DNA from: Heterodontus francisci
Taxonomy: Eukaryota
Length of the DNA: 64,000 bases
Assembly (NCBI RefSeq): GCF_036365525.1
Contig: NC_090417.1
Location: 1,779,536-1,843,535 of the forward strand
Direction: 5' to 3'
A program made the position numbers and the translations under genes. Position 1 is the first letter of the stretch, and every line of letters begins with the position of its first letter. Below the pieces are notes generated by a model. The model was given only the letters and a program-made list of their open reading frames with translations. It did no database searches and had not been told where the DNA came from. Shown here one piece after another: positions 36,598 through 48,500 of this stretch.

Positions 36598-39500
36598 GTG
36601 AGCAGGCGGAGGGAAGGGGGTGGTGAGGGGGTCAGGCGACTGAGGAGCCTGACTATCCAGACCATCCATTATTAGCTTCAGGCAGCTCGGCAGAGGACAG
36701 CTACAGTCACTCCATATCAGCTTCCCTCCCAATGGCAGCATTCAATTTCAGGACAATAACCAGATACAAGCCTGCCTCGCCGTTCCTGCCAGCCTGCCTT
36801 AGGTGCTCCACATTTGTTCTTGTAGCTCACCCTTCCACTTTTGATCTTCAACAGGGGAAAAAATGGCCAGTACATTGTCTACCTTTGCTCCTGCTCCGCA
36901 TTTCCAAAATGTGCGTTCACTTGTGAATAAAGCCGTCGTCATCCACGAGCTTATTGTGGACAATGATGGCCTTGATGGAAACATGGCCGATGACCCCCTT
37001 TCCCCTTAATGACCTGTCCCCATCTGGCCATGCCTTCTTGCCACTTGCCTCTTATCTCTGAATCACACCTTGGTCTGCCTCCTTTAAACATCTCACCGTG
37101 TCCTATCCCTCACGCCTCTCATTTCAGATCCTTGCCCTGTACAGTCCACTCAAATATCACACCAAGTTTCTCACTGAGATATCTTCTCTGCTTTCCTCAG
37201 CCTCAGTCTGTGATTTAACCTGCATCTCAACTTTTTCTTGTGCGCTCTTCTTTGAGTTTACTGCCTTCCTTTCCTCCATATAAATTCTCCTGCCCATATT
37301 CTTCTCCCGCCACCTGCTCGATCTTGTCATCTCACATAGCCTCACTATTTCAATCATTACTATTACTGATCAGACAATATCTGATCATTTCCTCGTATCG
37401 CTCTCTACCCATATTTCTTTCCTCCTCTCCACCCCACTTCTTCCTGTGTCCACATCTGGAAAAAGCTCTCTCTTAAGTCACTTGCCCCACACTTTCAAAT
37501 TCCCAACTGTCTTGGCCTTTGGTGTACAATTCATCATGATGTTTCTGTAGCTATTAATTTGCCAAATTACCCCCTTGTCCCCACTAGAACTATTGCTCTC
37601 TCTCTTGTGTGCATCCAAACCTCTGCTGCCCATACCTTAACTTGTTCCAAAGCTCTTTCACCCATCATCTCTGCGCTCACCGACCTTCCCGACTCTCCGT
37701 CCAACAGCGCCTCAATTTTAAAATCCTTATCCTTATTTTCAAATGCCTCCGTGGCCTTGCCACTCCCTATCTCTGTCATCTCCTCCAGCTGTACAAGCCT
37801 TCGGGATCTCTCTGCTCCTCCAGTTCTGGCCTCTTCTGCATCATTGATTCTAATCGCTCCCCCATTGGTGGTCGTGCCATCAGCTGCCTGGGTCCCAAGC
37901 TCTGGAATTCCCTCCCTAAACCTCCACTTGGCCCATTGTGTCTGCGCTGGCTGAGAAACGAGCCATCCAGCCTAATCCCACCCTCCAGCATTTGGTCTGT
38001 AGCCCTGCAGGTTATGACACTTGAGATGCATATCCAGACACCTTTAATATGAGTTTCGGCCTTTTATCCTTTCACGCAGTGAGTTCCAGACTCCCACTAC
38101 CCTCTGGGTGAAAAATATTTTCCTCATCTCCCCTCTAATCACTTTAAATCTATGCCTCCTAGTCACTGACCTCTCTGCTCACCTCACATCCACTCGATCC
38201 AGGCCCCTCACAACTTTGTCCATTTCAATCAAATCTTCCCTTAGCCTCCTCTGTTCCAAGGAAAACAACCCCAGCCTATCCAATCTTTCCTCATAGCTGC
38301 ATTTTTCCAGTCCTGGCAACATCCTCGGAAATCTCCTCTGTGCCCTCTCTAGTGCAATGACATCCTTTCTGTAATGAGGTGACCAGAACTGCACACAGTA
38401 CTCAAGTTGTGGCCTAACCAATTCCAGCATAACCTCCCTGCTCTTGTATTCTATACCTAGCCTAATAAAGGAAAGGATTCCATATGCCTTCTTAACCATC
38501 TTATCGACTTGTTTCGGGGATCTGTGGACATTCACTCCAAGGTCCCTCACTTCCTGTACTCCTCTCAGTATTCTCCCATGAATCGTGTATTCCTTTGTCT
38601 TGTTTGACCTCCCCAAGTGCATGACCTCACACTTCTCCAGGTTGAATTCCATTTGCCACTTTTCTGCCCACCTGACCAGTCCATCGATTTCTTCCTGCAG
38701 CCTACAGCTATCCTCCTCGCTGTTTACCACACGACCAATTGTTGGTCGTCTGAAAACTTCTAGATCATGTCCCCTACATTTACATCCAAATAGTTAATAT
38801 ATACCACAAAAAACAGGGGACCCAGTTCTGAGCCCTGCAGAATGCCACTGGAAACAGCCTTCCAGTCGCAAAAACACCCATCAACAATGACCCTTTGTTT
38901 CTCGCTGCTGAGCTAATTTTGCATCCAGCTTGGTACATTTCCGTAGATCCCATGGGCTTTTATTTTTTTAACCAGTCTGCCAAGTGGAATCTTGTCAAAA
39001 ACCTTGCTAAAATCCATGTAGACCACATCAACAGCGCTACCCTCATCAGTCTATGTCGTGCCATAGTGGTAATGTTACTGGACTCGTCATCCAGAGCCCA
39101 GGCTGATGCTCTGGGGGCATGGGTTCGAATCCCACCACGGCAAATGGTGACCATGAAGCCATTGTCGATTGTTGTCAAAACCCATCTGGTTCACTAATGT
39201 CCTTTAGGGAAGGAAATCTGCTGTCCTGACCTGGTCTGGCCTACATGTCACTCCAGACCCACAGCAATATGGGTTGACTCTATGCCCTCGCAAGCCACTC
39301 AGTTCAAGGACAATTCGGGATGGGCAATAAATGCTGGCCTAGCCACATCCCACAAAGGAATTTAAAAAAAAAAATCTTCCTTGTTACTTCTTCAAAAAAT
39401 TTGATCGTGTTAGACGAGATCTTCACTTCACAGTTTTACTTCTTTATTCATTCTTGGGATGTGGGTGTCGTTGGCAAGGACAGCGTTTATTGCCCATCCT

Positions 39501-42500
39501 TAATTGCCCTTGACAACTGAGTGACTTGCTCGACCATTTCAGAGGGCCGTTAAGAGTCAACCACATTGCTGTGGGTCTGAAGTCACATGTAGGCCAGACC
39601 GGGTAAGGAGGGCAGATTTCCTTCCCTAAAAGGACATTAGTGAACCAGATGGGGTTTTTTTTACAACAATCGATAGTTTCATGGCACCGTGACTGAGACT
39701 ATAGCTTTCAATTCCAGATTTTTATTGACTAATGAATTTCAATTCCACCAGCTGGTGTGATGGGATGTGGACCTGTATCCCCAGGGCATTAGCCCGGCGA
39801 GCCCTTACGCAGAACTGTGATTTTTTTTTTTATTTTGCCAGGGAAAAAGAAGAGAACAAGCTTATCAGAAGAGGAGAAGAATGTAAAGTGGAACGAGGCA
39901 AGTGGACAAACAATACTGATGTGATGTTCTCAGCTAGTTTGAGGGTTGAAAGCTGAGACATTTGCACGGATATGAAAAAATCTGGGCAGTGTAAAAAGGA
40001 TGAAGATATCGGAGAGATTCTTGATATCATGTATGATAACAACTTGCATTTGCAGTGACATTTTACACATTAGAGATGATCAGCCTGATACAGAATAGGC
40101 ACAGTGTCGCGTTGGACAGAGAGGGAGAGGTATGCGGTGTAGGTTGGCAGAGGGAGGGTGGGATGTGTAGTGTAGGGTGGCAGAGGGAGGGAGGGATGTG
40201 TAGTGTAGGGTGACACGGAGGGAGGGGTATGTAGTGTAGGGTGCCAGACGGAGGGAGGGGTGTGTAGTGTAGGATGGCAGACGGAGGGAGGGGTCTGTAG
40301 TGTAGGGTGGCAGACGGAGGGAGGGGTGTGTAGTGTAGGGTGGCAGACGGAGGGAGGAGTGTGTAGTGTAGGGTGACACGGAGGGAGGGGTATGTAGTGT
40401 AGGGTGCCAGACGGAGGGAGGGGTGTGTAGTGTAGGATGGCACAGGGAGGGAGGGGTGTGTAGTGTAGGGTGGCAGACGGAGGGAGGGGTATGTAGTGTA
40501 GGGTGGCAGACAGAGGGAGGGGTGTGTAGTGTAGGGTGGCACAGGGAGGGAGGGGTGTGTAGTGTAGGGTGACAGACGAAGGGAGGGGTGTGTAGTGGAT
40601 GGCACAGGGAGGGAGGGGTGTGTAGTGTAGGGTGGCAGACGGAGGGAGGGGTATGTAGTGTAGGGTGGCAGACAGAGGGAGGGGTGTGTAGTGTAGGATG
40701 GCACAGGGAGGGAGGGGTGTGTAGTGTAGGGTGACAGACGAAGGGAGGGGTGTGTAGTGTAGGGTGGCAGATGGAGGGAGGGGTGTGTGGTATAGGATGG
40801 CACAGGGAGGGAGGGGTGTGTAGTGTAGGATGGCACAGGGAGGGTGGGGTGTGTAGTGTAGGATGGCACAGGGAGGGAAGGTGAGTGTGCAGTGTAGGGT
40901 GGCACAGGGAGGGAGAGGTGTGCAGTGTAAAGTGGCAGAGGGAGGGAAGGTGAGTGTGCAGTGTAGGGTGGCACAGGGAGGGAGAGGTGTGTAGTGTAGG
41001 GTGACAGATGAAGGGAGGGGTGTGTAGAGTGGCACAGGGAGGGAGAGGTGTGTAGTGTAGGGTGACAGACAGAGGGAGGGGTGTGTAGTGTGGGTGGCAC
41101 AGGGAGAGAGAGGTGTGCAGTGTAGGGTGGCACAGGGAGAGAGAGGTGTGCAGTGTAAAGAGGCAGAGGGAGGGAAGGTGAGTGTGCAGTGTAGGGTGGC
41201 ACAGGGAGGGAGGGGTATGTAGTGTAGGGTGACAGACGGAGGGAAGGGTGTGTAGTGTAGGGTGGCACAGGGAGGGAGGGATGTGTAAGGTGGCAGACAG
41301 GGAAGAGGTGTGTAGTGTAGGGTGGCACAGGGCGGGAAGGGTGTGCAGTGTAAAGTGGCAAAGGGAGGGAAGGTGAGTGTGCACTGTAGGGTGGCACAGG
41401 GAGGGAGGGTGTGTAGTGTAAAGAGGCAGAGGGAGGGAAGGTGAGTGTGCAGCGTAAAGTTGCAAAGGGAGGGAGACGGCCTCCTTTCGAGGCCATTTGC
41501 TAATTGTGTTGAAATTTCTTTTTAAATTGTCATCAGTTCTCATCAATCTTTTAGACACTGGACTTTAAGTTGAAAGGAAATCCTCTGCATGCAAAGTCCT
41601 CTCTGCAGATTCATTTGAAAGGCAAAGACAAGCATGGAAAGGGCAGGTAACATTATTCTGCGCTTTGTGAAGAGGTTGTTGGACATGTGAGCTGGTGCCC
41701 AGGAATCAATGTGTCGGGAAATGGCCAATGGATTCAAAAGTCCACAGCAGAGCCTTAAGCGACTGAACAGAGAAACACAACTTTCTGGGTGTACAACCTG
41801 TGAACACCATCACAGTTAGGCACTGAATATAGTAAATGAGAAGAGTGTCTGACAGTAACTCGGGTGGGGAAAAGATAGATGCACACGTAAGTTGCTGTCG
41901 TATTGGTGATGAAATTCAATATGTAAACAATCACCATATGCAAGAGGATTTAAAAACCCAAGGAAAATAGCCACTGGGGGAATTGGCGGACAATTAAAGC
42001 AGGTCTTTGCCAAACTCAGCATCGATGATGTCCAACGTACAAGGCTTTGTGTGGCCAGTTGGACAACTGTAGCCATTAAGGTGGCTGCTGGGAGGCTGAG
42101 AAGAGAGAGAGGGGGATGCAGAGGACTGGGAGTGAGTTGGAGATGGGGCAGTCCTATTGGAAGGATATGCTAGTAGAGTAGGAGGAGATTCGTGTGCAAC
42201 ATCAGCACCAGCATGGACAAGTTGGGCTGAATGGCCTGTTTCTGTGGCTGTGAATTCTGTGTGATGCCCTTGTGGATCTGTCAAGTGCACTCTGAGACTG
42301 TGGGCAGTCTTAGTGCCCCTCCCAACAACAACGGCGGGGCGGCACTGTGGCGCAATGGTTAGCACTGCAGCCTCACAGCTCCAGCGACCCGGGTTCAGTT
42401 TTGGGTACCGCCTGTGTGGAGTTTGCAAGTTCTCCCTGTGACCGCGTGCGTTTCCACCGGGTGTTCCAGTTTCCTCCCACAGCCGAAGACTTGCAGGTTG

Positions 42501-45500
42501 GTAGGTAAATTGGCCATTGTAAATTGCCCCTAGTGTTAGAATTATTGTGACGCAAATTATGATTTGGAATTCACTGAAACTGCTTCCACTGCCCTTTCAA
42601 TCATAACTCGTAAATGAGAATTCGATCTGTGCTCGGAAAGGAAAAACTTGCAGGGCTGTCGGGCAAGAGCAGGGGGTAAAGAGACTAATTTGGATAGCTC
42701 CTTCAAAGGGCCGGCACAGGGCCGATGGGCTGAATGGCCTCCTCCTCCGTATCAATCGCAGACCTGTCACTCTTTATCAACCAACCTTTAAAATAACCTT
42801 GGGTCCTCCGTCCTGTGTTTAGTTGTCAATAAGGGAGGTAGATGAGGGTATGGAATAACAAGGCGGCCAGTGATCATTTAACCCATGCTGACTGGATTTT
42901 ACCTTGCTTGTCCCTTCCAGGTTTCTTGGCTCCATCAATGTCCGTCTTGCCAATATGGTTGGAGAGAGGAAGAGAAATGTGTCTTTTATCAAAGTTCCTC
43001 TGCTGGACAAGAAGAAGCAAAAAACGAAGGTGAGGTTTCTATGCAGATGCAGGGCTGGCCTAGCTCGGCCCCACCTTACACCCACTGACCAAAACCCTGT
43101 TGCTTGTATCCTAACATTATATCCTATCCCACAAAGTCACGCTCACCCATCACCCTTATGCTCACTGACCTGCACTCACTCCTGTGTTCAAATCCCTCCA
43201 TGGCCTCACTCTTTCTTTTCTCTGTAACCGCCTCCAGCCCCACAACCCTCAGACCTCTGCACTCATCCAGTCCTGGCCTCTTGCACATCCCTGATTTTAA
43301 CTGCTCCTCCATTGGTGGCTGTGCTTTCAGCTGCCGAGGCCCTAAGTTAAGGAATTTCTCCCTAAACCTCTCCGCCTCTCTCCTGCACTCTTCTCCTTTA
43401 AGATGCTCCTTAAAGCTTACCTCTTTGATGAAGATTTTAGTCGCCTGTCCTAAAAACTCCTCAAGTGGCTCGATGTCAAGTTCTGTCTGCTTGGACTGTG
43501 AAGCACCTGGCTGAGTTTTATGGCATGAAACGTGCTTTATAAATGTTGTTGTTGCAGCAAGGCCCCTCCCCCCCACCTAGATTGAATAGTCTGCCAGTAA
43601 TCAACCATGAATCCTGATCATTTGATGGGGATGTGGAGGGTGGCCAGGGCCTGGATCCCAGCAGGATTGGGATGGGCTGGGGGTGAGGGGAGGAGTGAAG
43701 TAAATGAATTTATGTATTTGATTTTCACCTCCCTCTCATTTACAGAACACGCTAAGCTTCGAAATAACCTACGAGCCACCCCCAGTCGTTAAAAAAGAGA
43801 AGAAAGATGGTAAGTTAGGCACTTGATAAATTTTTCCTGTTGTGAATTCTGTGCTAAACAACACTTTAAAAGTACTTAATTGGCTGGAAAGTGCTTCAAT
43901 TTGCCCTTAGGACATGGAAGGTGCTGTCTAATCAGCTTGAGGGATGTTGGTTCCTGGAATGGAACAGTTTGCCAGTTCAGGTATCTAGTCCCAGCACCGA
44001 AGAAGTGATCCTTGTATAGATGGGTTAGTGAACCTGCCCAAGATACGCCAATGTGTTATTATCAAACATTGCCAGATCGGGTGTGACACCGTTTAGTGCA
44101 GAGCAAATCTCCCAGACCTGGTTTCAAACCAAACCTATTGACTGTGCAGGTTGTATGTGAAACGCGTTTTTGACCAGCTCCGCATACCCCCAGGCCCTCA
44201 TCAAAAAAACCCTGCTGCAATTTGAACCGAATCGGCTCGAAACTTGGAAACCAGCAACAACATAAGGGCAGGTCGGTGTTGGAGAAATATCACACTGGCG
44301 CAGCAATGTCGTGATTGGGGGAATAAAATTGCAGAGAGATTAAGTGACTGGGTGAAACTGCAGCACATGGATTTCAGCACCGGTAAGTGTGAGGTCATCC
44401 ATTTTGGACCAAAAAAGGACAGGCCCGAGTATTTTTAAATGGTCAAAAGTTAGGAACATTGGCGGTCCAAAGCGAGTTTGGTGTCTGTGTGTACCGATCA
44501 CTAAAATGGAATAGTCAGGTGCAAAACAAATTCAAAGAATCTAATGGAATGTTCGCCTTTATAATTAATTAGAGGGCGAGAATATAAAGGGGAAGAAGTT
44601 TTACTTCAGCTATACGAAGCCCTGGTTAGACTGTGAGGAAAGATAGCATAAACTAGACTCGTATTCCCTGACATATCCAAAGTGCCCGTGTTCGCATGTG
44701 TGGTGTGCTCTGTAAATAATCCTGGTCTGTATTCCTCTCAGGTACAGCAGGGCGTGCACAGCAGGAGGACACTGCAAACGTTACCAGATTACAGGAGCCT
44801 CCACTCAGAACTCGATCACCGTCTCCAGAGAGTGATACAGCCAAGGGAGCCTCGAAACTCACGAGGAGCTTTTCAGACAAACCACAGGACTTCCAGGTAA
44901 AGGGGGAGCTTTGACCGCAAACCATTTGGTGCCATTGTGAACAATTCACTTGCGCACAATCTCAGCTGGTTCCATTGCTTTTGGTTCAGGGCTCACACCT
45001 GGGTTCAGGAATGATGGGAGCCGCGCTGGGAATATTGGATGGAGCAATGTAGCTGTTCTTCCTTCCCTGTTAAGTCAGTTGGAAGAAATGATGAACAACT
45101 AGGAAAAGATTTACAATGGGGCGGTATACACGGAACTCGTGTATAGCGAGATAATCCTCTAACCTACATTGAGATTGTGATATGTTCGAATTAGTACCTT
45201 GTCATTCAGCATCCTAGGGCCCTGTTTGAAGATGAGCAGGGAGTTCACCCCAGTTTCCTGGCCAATCTGTCAGAAAAGCTGATTTAAACAGGCGTTTTTG
45301 CCTCATTTCTGTTTCTGGGAGGTTCCTGCTCTGAATGGTTACTGCTTTCCCCGACAGAACGACAGTTACTGAACCTTGAGACAAACCTGCTCAAGGAGCT
45401 GTGTGGAGGTCGCTGCAATAAAGCACTGCTGCTGATTTTCCAAATTTGCGCAGCTGGCGGGGTCTTCACTTGGCACCCGTGGATATTATGCGGTGTAAGG

Positions 45501-48500
45501 CAGGCAGTGTGTGCAACTGGCTGCACACAGGCACTGTGTCCTAGCATTTGGACCCGCTGACCTTTCATTAGAAGCCTGGGACAATTTTTTGGGGTCAAAT
45601 GACAGGAAAATGGAAGGGTTTTGATTGAGTAAATAAGATGAAAGTGTTTCCAGGAGGGTTGGTAACCTGAGGACACAGATTTAGGGTATTTTACAGAAGA
45701 AGCAGAGGGGAGATGAGGAAACGTTTCATATCGTGAGTTTTTGTGATCAGGAATGCGCTGCCTGAAAGGAAAGCAGGTTCAATAGTAACTTTCAGAAGGG
45801 AATTGGATAAATACTTGAAAAGGAAAAATTTACCATGTTATATGGGGGAAAGTGCAGCGGAGGGGGATTAATTCTTTTGAAGAGCCAGCACAGACACGGT
45901 GGGCTGAATAGCCTTACGGTGCTACAAAGGTCAAGAGTTGTGACCGCTCCTTGGTTTTAGGTTCGAGTCCGGATTATCGAAGGCCGCCAGCTGCAAGGTG
46001 CCAATATCAAACCCGTTGTGAAGGTGTACGTGGGGGACTCTGTTTTCCGAACCAGAATCAAACGGGGGAACAATCCTGTCTTTGATGAGGTAAGGGGGCC
46101 TGGCTTTCTGCGACTGAAGGTGAGTTACTGGAAAGTATCTGGAAGGATGTAACCTAGCTGTGGAGGTGCCAGTAAACCGGGTGGGATAAGGACCGCAGGT
46201 AGGTTGAGGGGAGATCCAATCGAGACCCTTTACAATGATTCAGGGATTCTACCTTGGGTAGGTAGAGAGAAACTTTCCTCTGGTTGCGGCAGGGGCGGAA
46301 AATGTTTGGAACAAATTAGCATTAAAATTAGAACCAGGCCATTCAGGGATGATGCCAGGAAGCACTTGTTCACACACAGGGTGGTGGAACGGTCTCTCTC
46401 CTCCAGAGTGGAGTTGTTATGGGGTGTGGGGGGGGGTGGTCAATTGAAATTTGACTTGAGATCCATAGAATTTTGTTGGGTAAGAATATTGATGTGTATG
46501 GATTAAAGGCTTGATGAATTGAGCCATGGTCTCATCAAATGGTGGAACAGGCTCAAGGGGCTGAATGGCCTCCTCCTGTTTCTACTTGAGTGATGACGTC
46601 ATTTAAAGCTTCCACTACTGGGGGATATGCACTGCCTGCTGTGTGACAGCAGCCCAACAGTCCTCATCGATCTGAGCTGGGGAGGGGAGTTGGGAGCTAA
46701 AGTCAGTCTTCGAGCCCTAGGCTCTTGAGGAGAATATCAGCCATGCTTTCCACTCCTGATCATTGTCCAGTACTCCCGTTGAGGGGTCGGAGGAGAAGAG
46801 AAAAATAAAAACAGAATAAGTAACACAACTAAATAGGAAAACGTCAGTTTACAGGAAGTGGCTTGCAGTTGACATTCCACGTTCAGTATGTCATGTTTGT
46901 CCTTTTGAATTTGTTTGCTGTGGAGTGATGTGAAATTCATTTTTGTTCGCTCAACTGATGTTGCATTTCCGTTCGACAGATTTTCTTTCAGAATTTTCAT
47001 AAACTGCCAAGCGAGGTCTTCAATACCCTGATACACCTGCAGGTAGGTTGACTCCCCCCCGGCTCGCGCAGTGTTTCGAACTGCTCTCAGATCGCAGCTG
47101 AAGGCGATGGTTAAACTTGCAGCTCAGGAACAGGCCATTCGGCCCGACAGGTCTGTGCCAGTGGTTATGCTCCATCCGAGTCTTCTCCCACCGCGAGACG
47201 GCTTCGGCACCACAATCGACGTGGTCACCATTAGACTAGCTTTTAATTTCAGATTTATTAATTGAATTCAAATTTCACCATCTGCCGTGATGGGATTCGA
47301 ACCCATGGCCCCAGAACCTGAGCCAGGGCTCGGCATTAGTAATCCAGTGACGTTACCATTACGCCGCTGCCTTCCCAAGATGATCTCAGCTGGGACTGCC
47401 ATTTATTTAACTCCGCCAAACCCCAGGGCAAGGGATGAAAAAAATGATCAAATAGGGTTCCCGTTCTTGCTCACGTTCTATGAAAGCCTTCTGGCACACA
47501 CGTGTATGTAGGCTCAGGAGAGGTGTCAAACTGGCTCGCACTAAGCCAGGATCCACACCATTGAATGCGGTAACTAGCTCTTTAATAAAGCAAGCCTAAC
47601 AATGGTTCTATTGCTCTGGGTACCTTGTTCTTCCAAGCTGCAGAACATGGGATTTGAATCCAACCCCTTTCTGCTGGGGTAAAAACCTCCTGGCTCCCTG
47701 TTACTTGTAAGGCTTCAATGTGAAAGGGCTGTGGGGCAGTCTCGGCTGCCTGTGTGAGCAGGCGCACAATCTGTGACCACCCTTCATGTGACAGCTGCGC
47801 TTGGGCAGATTTTCATGCTACCCTTTTTGCAGGGGACTGAGGCTTTTTTTTTTGTAAACACCTCGGCCTCCTTCCCTGCGGGCACAAATTGGAAATGGAA
47901 CCCCGGATCCTGCTGGTTCAATGAACCAGGAAGCGGAACTTTGGAGAGATTGCAGAGGAGATTTACTGGAATGGAACCAGGGATGAGGGACTGCAGAGAA
48001 GGTGAAGGGAGATTCAACAAAGGTGCTCAAAATTTTGAAGGGTTTTGGTAGAGTAAATAGGCAGAAACTGTTTGCAATGGCAGGAGAGTCAGTGGCTGAA
48101 TGAATTGTGCACGTCTGTGTTGAGCTATAGCTCGCCTTCTGACGCATTTGGCCTGTATTCCCTGCGTGCGGCCCCGTGGGCGATCAACAATTGTATCCAG
48201 AGTTCTTTTTGTGAGTGTGGGTGGTGAGATTAGATGGTTCTGCTTTGTTGCACGTCAGGGACCGAGTTGAGTATCGCCAGCTTTTTAGCTTGGAGAGGGC
48301 GAATTGCCTGTTATCCTCATGGACCTTTCCCTATTTTTAAAGGTGTTAAATTCACATTCGCTACGAGCTGATTCCATGATTGGTGTTTTCAAGGTGAGTG
48401 TTTTCACACCGATTGAGGCCTTGAGTGCATGAAATTTTTTTTGTAAAATGTCTTTGATTTTGGATGGCCAATGGGGATATTAGTAGTGAAACTGTCTACA

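Noticed and set aside
38179-38730. 183-aa ORF and similar ORFs (15466, 28828, 57857, 61545, 25211, 12603) as host genes
   Set aside because: They are 3' fragments of CR1/RTE ORF2, with no complete RT or endonuclease.
40125-41478. Possible CRISPR array (regular ~33-bp periodicity)
   Set aside because: Units are contiguous tandem copies with no unique spacers, in a vertebrate intron with no cas genes.
40063-41558. Three long minus-strand ORFs (321-492 aa) resembling extensin or Pro/His-rich proteins
   Set aside because: They arise from a 33-bp minisatellite whose C-rich strand lacks stop codons. All three frames are open and there is no splice or promoter support.
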